The notes under the pieces: generated by a model
Database searches by the model: none
Told to the model about the DNA's origin: nothing
The model's input: the letters and a program-made list of their open reading frames with translations, nothing else
In this document: positions 1-53,240 of the stretch, one piece after another
How positions within the stretch are numbered: the stretch's first letter is position 1
Layout of the letters: the number at the start of each line of letters is the position of its first letter
Made by a program: the position numbers and the translations under genes
Source of the DNA: Felis catus
Taxonomy: Eukaryota
Length of the DNA stretch: 64,000 bases
Direction of reading: 5' to 3'
Assembly: GCF_018350175.1 (NCBI RefSeq)
Contig: NC_058368.1
Span: 94,986,001-95,050,000, forward strand

Positions 1-103
1 AGACTTTCTGAATCAGAACCTCTGGCGTTGGGGCTCAGAAATTTGTGTTTTAACAAGGCCTCCAGATGATTCTTATTTTCACTAAAACTTGAGCAACACT
101 GCC
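1..103. mobile_element. MER5-like hAT-Charlie DNA transposon relic
   Basis: tgaatcagaacctctgg...tgtgttttaacaag...ccagatgattct...aaacttgagcaacactg resembles the MER5A consensus as I recall it. Confidence 0.7.
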
Positions 104-3100
104 CTGCGTGACACGAATGGTATGCCAGAAAACGAACGTTTAGTTTTAAAGTCCAGCCTCATGGACTACTGAGGCAATGCATTGCCAGACTTTCAATATG
201 ATTTCTAAAATAAATAAATAAATGCGGTGCTCCGTGGTCAAAGTATGAGGCTTTCATGGGTCTCGGGTATGACCGTTCTTTACTGCGGTTACCGTATTCT
301 GACAAAGAACACAAGATTGACGTGATTTTGTTAGACAAACAAATCCCTCACACTTTCCCTTGGTACCTGACAGAAGCTTGACATATGGCCGAAAACACAG
401 CAGCGCTGCTGTAAGAGAACCAGCCCAATTTGCTAGAGCAGAGAGCTTTTGGAAAAATGCCTGTGGTCTCTTTATCTGCCCCAGCATGAAGACACAGAGG
501 GGAATTTCTGAGGCTCCCCATCTCTGTCACAGAGGCCATCAGGTAGTGGTTGGTACTACAGAGCCCAGATATGTCCTAGATTGGGTAGGCCCAGTCAGAA
601 CTGAGTCCCAGGGCCAGAGGAGGCAGGTCCTCTGGGGAGCTCACCTCCGTTGGAGGCCTGCAGTCTTAGGTCAGGTCACCTTGCACCGACTCCGCTCAAA
701 CAATGCATCGCCACCAAGCAACCTTAGATAGTGGTGGTTCAGGGCGTCTTTCCTCCTACTTTTGCATGATCAGGCGAGAATAAGCAGCTCAGGAAAATTC
801 TCTTATATTTCTGGATTGAAGGAGGGACCGGAGCTCATTCCCCAAACCAAGGTCCTGCTTTATAATATTAAAAATGCCTAGCACAACAGTGTACTCAGCA
901 GAGCTTAGTGCCTACAGATCTGCTGAGTTGAACTGAATCTGCAAATCCATAGAATTATATAAGACATTTTAAGTTACATTAAATTTCTGCTGTGTGCTTT
1001 TTAAATCATGCAGTGTAAGACCCATCAGCACTTAGGGTATATTTATTGCCTTAACAAATGTCAGATGATTGTGTCCAGTGTTATCTATTATTTATGAATA
1101 ACAAGAGCCTGCAGGACTGGAAACGATAAGCTTTAATATGTCCAAAAGGTTAGGCATAATGCAGATTGCTGCCCTATAAATTTCTTGACACTATTTTCCC
1201 TCCTAATAAAGCACTGTCAATGGTGACTATACCAAACTTCCATTATTTCTATACAGTTCATGGCTGCCTCTGCCTTCGGTGAAGAAATGTAATTGCAGAA
1301 ACATATTTAAAAAGAATGCATCCTTTTAAAAATTATGAAGTTTAACAAATAAGTGGAGTGGGAAATTCCTATTATCCCGTTAAAAATGAATCTGTTCACA
1401 AAGACGGTTCCCAGGCCGTAGGCTTACAAGAGCTTAAGAAACATTAATTAAAGATGACAAACCTCCGCACTGCCCGTAATTAGCTTTCTGACACCGATTA
1501 AGATCCCGTCTACTGTGCACTCGGTATGTTTGAGGATAGCCCACCTAATTTTCACTAGTGTACTGGAGGGCCTTTCTGTCATTCAAGGTGCTGGGAGACT
1601 TACATGTGCTGCAGCTTGTGTGGCTCCGTGCAGGCCGGCAACGCAGCCTAAACGCTTTGCAGGCCTCTTGACCTGTCCCTTGCACCGCCTGTGTCTCCCT
1701 GGGCCCGGTGCGCAAATACAGCTTTTCCGGCCTCTTTCTCTTTATGGTAAGGACGTGAGTTATGCATTCTGAGCAATGCTTGCAGCTTTTGGGGCCGTTC
1801 TCATGTCCAATGTCAAGAAAGAGAAGCTGTCTTCAGGAAATTTCCCACTTTCCATTCTTTTGCCCTTACTGGACCACTTTGTCTATGGAGCAGTGAGGTT
1901 TGCAAAGTGAAACTTGGAACAAGCATTTTTTTTTTTTGGTGGGGGGGGGTGGGTCTGTTTACTTTTAAACTCTGGGACATGAGGCTATCAGTAAGGTTTG
2001 AGATAAAGCTAATATTATGTTTCCATTATTACACGTGATCCAAAATACAGATGGACTCTTTACCATTTTATTGTTAGGACAAAACAAATTTTAGATGAAC
2101 ACCATGCAGTTGAACCAGTTAAAGAGCAAATTTTTAACGACTCCAGATGTTCAGTTAATAAGATCATGCCTAACTTAGTCCCTGTAGTCCTTGAAAGTTC
2201 CATTAAGCTGTCAGAAAACTTTGCCATTGTGCGTGTTTTTGTGCAAAAGATAGGAGAGAATGGAAAAAGATTGAGGGGAAAGGGTGGGGGTAAAATGAAT
2301 TCGTGTCAAGGGTGATGTGGCTTGAAAAGTGGCTACAGATTAAAGGTAAGAAGCACCTCTAGGACGTGAATTGGTTTTTTAAATGCCCTAAGGTTTAAGT
2401 TGCTGATTTTAGAAGAAAAAATTCAAGTCTCCAGAATCATAATTTAAGCCCTTCATTTTTTGGAGACAATGGATGTTAGGTTAAAAAAAAAAAGTTTTAG
2501 TTGGGATCTCTAGAAAAGGAGAATTCAAATATTGGCGTGCAGATTCAGGCAGGCAGGGAGATGAAACACCTTTCTACATGGCTGACATTTAACTTTTTTT
2601 TTTCTTCTTCTACCCTTTCCACAATAATCTCATCAAGACCTTAGATAAATTCAGCAAGTTGTCAGGAGGATACAGAATTAATTAGATCAAATCTCCGTCC
2701 CTGCCTACACTGCTGCAAGTACAATTCGAGCCTTCCACACGGGCTTCCCAGTCCTTGCCCTCCTCCCCAGCACATGCTACATGGAAACTTCCACATCACC
2801 TGTGGGGAAGCCCAGTGCCTGACCTTCTTACTATACTGCTTTCCTCAGTTATTCAAAGGAAAGCCAGAGACTACAAATTGATTCCTTTTCTGGTAGGTGA
2901 TGGAGAAGTATTAAATATAGTGAAAATAAATGGTGGCTCCTGAATTATCATTCTTTCTCAGGTCCTCCCCTCTCCCCCCCACAGTTTCAAAGTCTGATCT
3001 GGGTGAAAACTCTGTGCCATGTGCAACCAAGTTTTTCATGAAAGAGGCAGAGAAGCCCAGATTTGGAGTTCAGCTTGCTGGGGGCTTTACCTAGGATAGA

Positions 3101-3399
3101 GCTCTTTGCTTGGCAAGGAACATCTACGAGGTAAATGCCAACGATGTGTAGAAATAGACATGTTAGATCCAAAACGAATGCAAAATTCCAATTCCCAAAC
3201 TTACTGTGCATGTGTAACTAATAACCTAATACTGTTGAGTGATCCCTTTATTATTTGTCTGTCGTCCTCTTGATCTCTACCTTTCCCTCCCTCCCACCCT
3301 CCTTTCATCCCTTTTCCCCACTCATCCATCTTCCTCCCCCAACGTTGCCTGTAGCTAGAGCCCAACCCCCTTAGCATGACTTTTAAGGCTCCAGACCAC

Positions 3400-3850
3400 C
3401 ATTTCAATGTCAGGTCCCATTCTGGACTCTGTAGACTCTCTCACTTTGGTCACAGCACATCACTTGTCTCTTTATCATTCATTACACTCTCTACTTGCCT
3501 AACTTCATGTCCTGGTCATGTCACTTACTGAGCTTGAAATGTCCTTCTTCTCCCTTTTATCCTTTAATACTTTACAAGGCCTTTCTCTAGCCCCAAACTT
3601 GGATCTGAGTTATGTCTCTCTTAATCCACTCTCAGAACTCTACTGGCCCCTCTTTCTTTTACCTCTCTTACTCTCAGACTTCACTTTTGCCCCACTGGCT
3701 AGCCAGGAGGTCACCTGCATGTGCCCCCCTGAAAAACTATAATCTCCTTGAGTTGAGGACATACGTCGAATTCAGATCAGTATCCAATGTAACACTCATT
3801 TTATAGATAGCACCATTAGCTGGATGTCTATTGAGCGTATGAAGAAAGAA
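3400..3850. mobile_element. Degenerate L2-like relic
   Basis: Pyrimidine-rich sequence ending in an L2 3'-end-like stretch; judged by eye. Confidence 0.35.
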
Positions 3851-4071
3851 ATTAAGGTTTTTGGTTTGCCTTTCTTTGAGACTGGAGCTGTTGTCACCAT
3901 TATTAAACATATTTTCTGGTGCTTTCTGAATTCCAGTTAATTTCCTCTAACGCCATGGAAATGGAAAACAAAAGCAGCCATATAATTAAAAAAAATACAT
4001 ATGATTAACATCAACTGTTATAGTTGATAAAAACCTGAGGTTCAATAGAATTAGAAAGAATCAATAGTTTT

Positions 4072-4270
4072 GGGGCTCTTGGGTGGCTTAGCTGGTTAAG
4101 CATCTGACTTCGGTTCAGGTCATGATCTCACAGTTCATGAGTTCGAGCCCTGCATGGGGCTCTGTGCTGACAGCTCGGAGCCTGGAACCTGCTTTGGATT
4201 CTGTGTCTCCCTCTCTCTCTGCCCCTCCCCCACTTGTACTCTATCAAAAATAAATAAACTTAAAAAATTT
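4072..4270 (+). mobile_element. Can-SINE (SINEC)
   Basis: gggg..gggtggcttagctggttaag head, (CT)n body and aaaaataaataaa tail. Confidence 0.92.
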
Positions 4271-4294
4271 TTTTTAAATACAGAGAAGCATATA

Positions 4295-4331
<37 letters not shown>
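4295..4331 (+). repeat. (AAT)n microsatellite, about 12 units
   Basis: Direct reading. Confidence 0.95.
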
Positions 4332-4334
<3 letters not shown>

Positions 4335-4640
4335 TAATCATTTTAACTATGCCCCTGTTTAGGAACAGTTTGTTTTCTGAGCCTTTCTCAGTTAAAAGTA
4401 GCATTTGAAAGCCTGTTTTCCAGTGATAATCTTTTAATTTTAAATCTATCACATTTCAAACATGTATGTAATTTCTGGTGATAATTCTCTGAAATTATAT
4501 CTAATAATATTTTTCACAGAATGAAAATTTTAATTTCTCTTATAAAGGTTATTCTAGGTTTTCTAAGAGTTAGAGGATAGTTGTAATCTAGAGATTAGAT
4601 ATATATTCACTGAAGTCAAATTATCAGCGGTCTTTTTGAA

Positions 4641-4799
4641 TAGGATAGCCAGGTAGTATACAGAATATCTGGTTAAATTTCAACTTCAGCTAAACAATAA
4701 CATTTTAGTATAAGAATGTCCATGGGACATAATTACAGTAAAAATCATTGGCTTATCTGAAATTGAACTAGGAATTCTGTATTTTATCTAGTAACCCTA
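4641..4799. mobile_element. MER53-like palindromic hAT MITE
   Basis: taggatagccag...tacagaat...ttaaattt...ttcagctaaacaa / ttatctgaaatt...ctgtattttatctagtaacccta; degenerate long inverted arms. Confidence 0.7.
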
Positions 4800-5658
4800 C
4801 TCAGTCACCACTAAATAATGTCCCACAAACATTCTTTAGACCCATCTCCACCTTGGAGATTACAATAGTTTAACAGAGAGTAATAAAAATGATACTAAAC
4901 CTTTATGGGGTGGGTATAGTGCCATTTACAAATTGAAATACTAATGGACTGAATTTCAAGAATTGTATCTTGTTTTTTCATCATCAGCAGCAATAGCAAC
5001 TCAGAAACGTGTTATGAACTTTGAAGGCTAGCTTTCCTGTAACATTCAAAAACAGACGTAAGTGAACTTGAATTCAGAATGGTTGTTGGAATGACGGTGG
5101 GCAGTTTCCTGTCCGCGTCGTGTCCCTGGGCTGTGAGCATGCCCGTTCCCACCGGTGCAGTCAGTCATGGAGTGTGGGGTGGGAACTGGACCCTCTTGCC
5201 CCTGCCTGCTCACTCGTAGGCTTCCCCATCAGACTGAGCCCTTTTCTCTGAATTCTCAGAGACTGCCCTCCCTTCACATTTAAAAATGACTGTGGTACTA
5301 TAGGTTTTACTAACAAAAGCTATGCAAATTACCACAGGCTAGGTCTTTTTGAAATAAAGCTCAAGCTGTTCAAAAAAGCCTGACTTGGGCAGCATTTCCT
5401 CAAACCTTAGAATACGAATCCTGTACCAAACATACCTCACTCCCCGCCCCCCCATCCCCTGCCCCCTTCCCGTCAAGGGGCAGGTTGAAGGGAAGAGCTA
5501 AAGAAAAGGGGCTGAGAAACCTTTATCAAGGGCTAAGTTCCTTGACATCAGCCAAGCTGTCTTCAGTTGTCTGATATTTTCTTCTGAAGCCTGCCGTGCA
5601 CACTTTTGCCTTGCTCACACAGGCAGTGGTGATCGGAGAGGCTTTCTGGATGCACTTT

Positions 5659-5659
<1 letters not shown>

Positions 5660-5695
<36 letters not shown>
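5660..5695 (+). repeat. (TG)n microsatellite
   Basis: Direct reading. Confidence 0.95.
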
Positions 5696-5698
<3 letters not shown>

Positions 5699-6669
5699 CT
5701 TTGTCTGGCAGTCCACTGGTTCTTGGATGGGAACTGTGTCTATCTCTCGTGTAGCCTCTCACTCCTTACTGGCGTCCAACACTGTGCTATGGAGCCAGTA
5801 ATAAATTTTGCTTGAGACGCCTCAGAAAACATTTTTGTTATGGTAATGTTACTGAGGAAATGGCAGAGAAAATCTGGCCCAAGTTGAGGAGTCAGGCAAA
5901 GAAGAGAAGCTTGTTTTTCTTCCTTTACTGTTGTCATCAGTGATACTTTTCCCCATATGTAAGATCACCTACATAAGACTTGATAGGAGCCAAGAAATAA
6001 CTTACCCCATTGAGAGAACTGGGGCCCTTGAAATTCCCCAATCCATTAGATTTGAAGCATTGGAGGTTGTTAAAACGCAAGGGCACTCAAGGCCAGGCTC
6101 TGGTATCTACAATACTCACCCCAAACTGGATTTCTCAACTTGTTAATGAGGAAGGCCTACCTCTGAGGGGTTGAGAGTCAGAATAGGTAGAGTTTGAATG
6201 AGAGCACAGGGAAAAAAGGGTCAAGTGTAGGTTATTGCCAGGTCAGGGGAACACACTGTATCACGCACGGGTCCTTTCCAATTCAGAAAAGGAGACTGGC
6301 AGCAGAAATGGCGAAGCTCAGCTCTCCCTAGGCCACAACTTGGGGAATAACTCACTGCAAGCATCACTGGGGCGCTCACTGCTGGTCTAAAGTCTCACCA
6401 GACGCTTAACAAGGCTAGAATGAGTGATTTCCTTTTAGTCTAAATCCATTTTGCTCTAAACAACTACTTGGCCAAATTTCTCATCCCCACTCAGAGAGCT
6501 CAGTAGTTGGAAGCGCACCGGATCGTATCATTGCAGCACTCAGAGCCCAGCCATCGGCAGCATGGTGGTTCTACATCTTGTCCTTCCAAAGGCAGAAGCG
6601 AGTTTAATCCTCACCGGGCTCCTATAATTGCCCCGGGCCAGAGTTACCCAAAGCTTAGTCAGGCAACTA

Positions 6670-7200
6670 CAGTACCACAATTTCAGTGATTCCAGTGAGA
6701 CTCACCGACCATACTCTTTGCTTAGTATTTTTATATCCCTACACTTCCTGCGTTCGTGTTTACTTAGTATTTTATTTAAATTACCTTTAAAATAGATTTC
6801 AGATAGAAACTTTATATCATTATCACAAATGGGAAAAAAAAGCATGTCACTTTTCATAGATAGGAAGTAACCATAAAAAAGTAATTAAAAGCAAAACAGT
6901 GTTAATTCCAGCTAGCTACAGCTGCCTGGCAAAGCCCCTAGCCGAAAGCCTGTTTTTTTCTTGTCAAAGCAGGAGAGTAGCACGTTAAGGGAGTTGTTAA
7001 TGATAGAGCCTCAAACAGACTTCTTCCTCAACCTAACCCAGAAGACTGAAAGAGAAACAAAAAGGGTGTGATGTGACCTTCTTCCACAGGATTCAGTACT
7101 CTCAATGCCAGGATCACCAGAGGCACCTAAATCATCTCTTGTAAGGTGCCACATGTCCTACTTGGGGGGGGGGGGGGTTACTGCTGTAGGTGACCCTGCG
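6670..7200. mobile_element. Probable ancient hAT-Charlie-type DNA transposon fragment
   Basis: Recalled similarity (ccagctag..gctgcctggcaaag..cagaagactgaaagagaa); subfamily not determined. Confidence 0.4.
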
Positions 7201-7247
7201 TTGGAGGAATTGTTGATAAACTCTGTGATTTTAGAAAATTCTATTCA

Positions 7248-7490
7248 GGGGGGCGCCTGGGTGGCTCAGTCGGTTAGGCGTCCGACTTCAGTTCAGGTCA
7301 CGGTCTTGCAGTTCGTGAGTTAGAGCCTCGTGTCGGTCTCTGTGCTAACAGCTCAGAACCAGGAGCCTGCTTTGGATTCTGTGTCTCCGCACCCCCCCCC
7401 CCCCCCCCCCCCCCCGCTCATGCTCTCTCTCTCTCTCTGTCTCTCAAAAATAAATAAATGTTAAAAAAAATTTTTTTAAAAGAAAAAAAA
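7248..7490 (+). mobile_element. Can-SINE (SINEC_Fc-like) with internal poly-C run
   Basis: ggggcgcctgggtggctcagtcggtta head; TSD aaaattctattcagg at about 7235-7249 and 7487-7501. Confidence 0.95.
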
Positions 7491-10400
7491 TTCTATTCAG
7501 GATTGTTAGGAAGGGTGGGCAATATACTCCTCATCATGCTTTATGTATCTTACTGTAATATTATTTCCCCAAGTAAAATTGCTCACACAGATAGCTTGTA
7601 CATTGATTAAAACATACTCAGCATCTACTGTATGTTGTAGTTTAAATTATTCATTTGATCTCGAATTTAAATTCTATTTCTACCTCTTTTTCTTGTCTGC
7701 AGTGAGTGTATCCTCTTAACTAAATGTAATTGGTGACATCTCACTTTAAAGGTATCCCGAAATATATAAGCATACGACAGTGCTGGCATTTCCACTCAAA
7801 TGGGAACATCTCTGTATAGATTGACCATTTTATCTGTTTTCTGACAGCTCACAAGAACTCTCGCAAGTCTGAAGTAGGGGATTTCCTTCTGTTCTGATTT
7901 ATTGTTGGGACCTAACACCAGTGGTCAGCATTTACATATTATATTGACGCTACGCAGCTTTCTTGGCAGATCGGTCATGGCTAATTCCTCACGTATCTTC
8001 CAGTCTTCTTGGAAATAAGGTTTTATAGTATTATTACTATTGGTCAGAAACAAGAGGCACAAGAGTGGCTATTAATTTTCAGTATTGCCTAACCTAAAAA
8101 AGAAAGCTCTTATTTCTTTTGCTGTGGACAGGGAGGTGGGGGGAGACAAGCCAGATCTAAAAATAAAGTGGATTTTCTTTCTTATTCGTATGTAATTAGA
8201 GCCCCTTTGTAACTACTCATTACCACCTCAATGGTTATAAGATGAATAAATAATATATATTTTTAAATGTGGCAAAACCAAGAAAGAAGTAGCCAGGGCT
8301 GCATCCAATTTATCAACTTGGTGATTAAAGGGCTGGCTCTAGCGGCTCCAGACATCTAGGGACCCAGAGATAAAACAGTGCAGTTGGCTGTGTTTTTACT
8401 AATGAATCTAGGGCTTGAAAGATATCAGGCAATTTTAAAGAAAAGCAGTAAGGACAAGAGACATTAGACAAGGCCAGTAGGGTAATGAAGGGCAAGGCCA
8501 GTTACTGAGAGAGAAAATTACTTCATTTTCTGTGATAATGCTTCTCCGAGCCTCACAGGCCTCTTCTCACGCTTTGTTAGTATGCCTGTATGTGTACATA
8601 CAGCCTCAGAATGCTACTTACAGTGTAGAAGGAAAGAGCCTTGGAACATTCCACAGAAGGGCAGAGAGAGGGCTTGGGTCTATTATTTTGAAAGGGGGAG
8701 GCTGAGAACAATGGTAGCAGAAGGGGGTTAGATTGCAAGGTGAGGATTGGTGCTTTGACAGAATGTGAGGGACGCACAGGATTAAATCAGGACGAAAGAC
8801 ACAGCGAGGAAAAGAAAGAAAACAGCAAGCAAACATACTCTGGAAATGCAGCATCTTTTGGAGGAGGAGGTGGGGCAGAGCGGGACCAGCCCAGTGGTGT
8901 TCACCATGTCTGGCAGAGCAGAGCTGTGGGCTCCTTTGCTCACTGGCCTTTATTCAGCCAGAATAAAAAAGGCATGGGACACTTGACTCCTTAGCTAGCT
9001 GGTGAGAGGGACACATTTTCTGCTTAGCGGGGAAATGTGTGATATTTTAGAAACAATTCCAGAGTATATTTAGCTCCTAAAGCTGGGGCACACAAATGTC
9101 ACATTCCCATGAGACAATTGACCCAGTGAAAAGAGCACCTGCCAGAGGCCCTCGCAAAACCCAGGAAACCCTCGCATCCCAGGAGATGCTGCACACACGG
9201 ATGTGACATCATTAAGGCACCCACATCAGGGAATGAGAAGAAGCGAGGAGATCACAGATTGGGCCAAGCTAAGGGACGTCATAATGAGTCAGAAAAGAAA
9301 CTGGACTTTTCCAACAGAGGAACGCCATCACCAAGTCCAACCACACAGTGCTTGGCAAAACAGAACAGAAGTTTGAAATAAATCGTGAACATTAAAACAG
9401 AAAAACAATTCAGAGCAAAATGGAAATTAAAATCATAAAAATCATGGTAAAAGGAACATTAAGCTACATTAAAAAAAATTTTTTTTCTGCATAACAACCC
9501 GTTGTCATTGCCCCATCAAATACATAATCGTCAAAAACCAAACTCGAATTTGACAGGGCAAGGCAAGGAGTTAATAGCACAAGAACAGTGATCATGTTAA
9601 ACACCCATGCAATCACCTCTGCCACCATTGTCTGACAATTTGTAGACTGCTTCCAGCTTTGTCAATATTCATAATAAGACCCAAGAGAATGAACAATGCC
9701 GAATTTTAAAATGATCTGTCAAAGTGTTAATTGGACTCTTTGATAACCTCCATCCCTTGGGGGAGTTAACGATTGGAGAAGATTCATGCCACCCGTCTCA
9801 GTGAAGTGAAGAGGAAATGATTGTAACCAACAGCTAGATATTTGGCTGACATATTTAATGCTTTACTGGAAAGGCCGTTTGGTTTTTCAGAAAGTTGGCA
9901 GTGGGCAAACACGAAGCAATTTTACAGAGCCGTCTCTTCTTGAGAACTCGGCCAAGACTCCCACATCTGCGATCTGGAGCCACACATAACAAATAATGGC
10001 ACATGCTAGGGCTCGTGGCCTGATGTGATAGTTCTGTGCCACCACTGAGGAGCCTTGCGCTTTCTAGGGAATGGTAAAGGGAGGGATGCCTCCAACTTCA
10101 AGAGGCTGCTGAGACAGAAGCTGCTGTTTTTAAGATTTGGGGCAGGGAATATGAAAAGTTATAGAAGAATAATCAAAGTGATTATGGGAATGTGCTTGAG
10201 CACAAATTAAAAGGGCTACAATCTTCACTTTTTAGCACGTAGAGCAGCAGAGCGTATGGCACTCTCACGACGTGAGTTGCAAAAAAGAGGGTGAAAATTG
10301 AGCATGTGAGTCTGCCTGGAAAACATCATCTAAAAGTCAAGATGGAAATACGTATAGAGAAAACCCTGAGGGAGGACATGACAGACGGTCTTCCAAAGGG

Positions 10401-11292
10401 TCACCATGGCTGGTCCGTCCTTGAGACTCAAACCCTTGCTTGGATGAAACCCTTGAAAACATATAGAAGTGAACAATTCTGAATGAGGGGAAACAGCTCG
10501 CAACATAACTGGGCTTTTCAGTCTCTGATTTACAAGACTGTTTTTTGGACAAGTAAAGGCCTCTTTGGTTGCAGCTGCAGCTAAAGTAGGATGTGTTACC
10601 AGAAGCAGCCACTGGCGAGAAAAGAAGAGGACATTTCCTGTCTCTAGTTGAGCAAAGAAAGCAGGGGAGAATTTAGGACAGTTCACAGTAGAGTCCCTTT
10701 CATTGAGTGCAGCTTCCTTTCCATTTTAAATGCATAGCAATTCTGCTTGATTAAATAACATATTTTTGTCTTAGCTGTTGTCCTCAAAGGGCAATTACAG
10801 TACATTGCAGGACTGCGGCTCTATTCAAATTCAGCACCACGTGCGAGTGAGAGATGCCACCAGTCAGAAAAGGCTCTGCCCTGCTATTTCTCCACTCACC
10901 CATTAAAACGGGCCTTTACTTTGATGACACGCACACGCTGGGGCCGGCCCTGCATTCCATCCAGTTAGGGAATGGGAGAAGAGGACCCAGCGTTGAGGCC
11001 TGAGCTCAGAGGAGCCGGGGTGGGGGGAGGATCTGCACTGGGCCAAGCTGCTCCCCTTTGGGATGGAGGAAGCTCAGAAGGATGTGTTATTTGTTTTGTG
11101 TGGTTTCTCCTCGCCGGGGGTATAATTTAGGATCGAGCCTGGTGCAGAGAGGTGTTTTTTGAGGAAGCTTGGGAGCATCGTGTGCTGGGGGTGCCTGAGA
11201 TGCTGCTGTGGCTCAGCTGGAAGCAGTTACACAGCCCTCCTCACTTTTCCCTCCCTCTCCCCACCGAGGAAGAGGCATTTCCAAGGCCTTAC

Positions 11293-52352
<41,060 letters not shown>

Positions 52353-52390
52353 AGTAGTTCAGCGGGGAGACTTTATTTCTCTACTTCACC
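52353..52390 (-). other. SEMA6A: 5' UTR part of SEMA6A exon 2 (38 nt)
   Basis: Acceptor tctttgctctttggcag|GGTGAAG, with the AG at plus 52391-52392 and a polypyrimidine tract upstream. Confidence 0.85.
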
Positions 52391-52859
52391 CTGCCAAAGA
52401 GCAAAGAAAGAATTTTTTTTTCAAGTCAGCTTTATTCACCTCCATGAAATGAAATGGCCTTGAAGATAAATTTCAGAGACCAGGGGCCTCGCCTTCATAT
52501 CTTTTCCATTGTGAGTTCACGGATTATTGTGTTTTACATAAGAAACCTGTAACCACTACCCACTATGCACCCTCCTTCCCCATGTATCTGAGCCCTTTTG
52601 CAAAGCCCCTTCCAAACACGTGGCCCAGAGCCTGAGTTCCTTTGTCCTGAGCCATTTTAAGGCCATTATAGGTGGCCGTTTCACAGTTACTGCATTCCAA
52701 AAAATGGACAACTGAGAACACATTTTTTTTTTTAACGTAAATACTTTTCTTCTGAGCAGGTATACGGCAGCAGGCCATCCCCCAGACATGTTTTGTTTGG
52801 CCAGCTCAGGATTTTTCAAAAATTTAAAGTAGTTGTCAGTATTGGAAAAACTAGGAGGT

Positions 52860-53104
52860 TTCTTTCTTTCTTTTTTCTTTTTTAAATTTTATTTATTTAT
52901 TTAGAGGGCGAGAGCTCGAGAGCATGCACGCCGGCATGAGCGGGGGAGGGGTAGCGAGAGAGGGAGAGAGAGAATCTCAACCAGGTTTCACACCCAGCAG
53001 CACAGAGCGGGACGTGAGGCTCATACTCATGAATCTTGAGATCATGACCTGAGCCAAAACCAAGAGTTGGATGCTTGACTAACTGAGCCACCCAGGCACC
53101 CCCC
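52860..53104 (-). mobile_element. Can-SINE
   Basis: TSD aaa(c/t)taggaggtttct. Confidence 0.92.
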
Positions 53105-53183
53105 AAAATTAGGAGGTTTCTAGTAAAAATCAGAATATCTGACATACTGACCTAAATCACAGTTCCTTCAGGCATCACACCCC

Positions 53184-53184
<1 letters not shown>

Positions 53185-53217
<33 letters not shown>

Positions 53218-53240
53218 AACACACCAACACACACACATAC
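53185..53240 (+). repeat. (CA)n microsatellite, interrupted
   Basis: Direct reading. Confidence 0.9.

Noticed and set aside
4135..4452. ORFs with poly-Leu or poly-Asn tracts
   Set aside because: Translations of the (AAT)n microsatellite plus a SINE.
1..11292. Search for the SEMA6A last exon (VIRESYLKG..., TM domain)
   Set aside because: No matching sequence or long minus-strand ORF; it presumably lies beyond the window start.
52371..52378. AATAAA in the exon 2 5' UTR
   Set aside because: An isolated hexamer inside an internal exon close to a strong donor; no evidence it is used.
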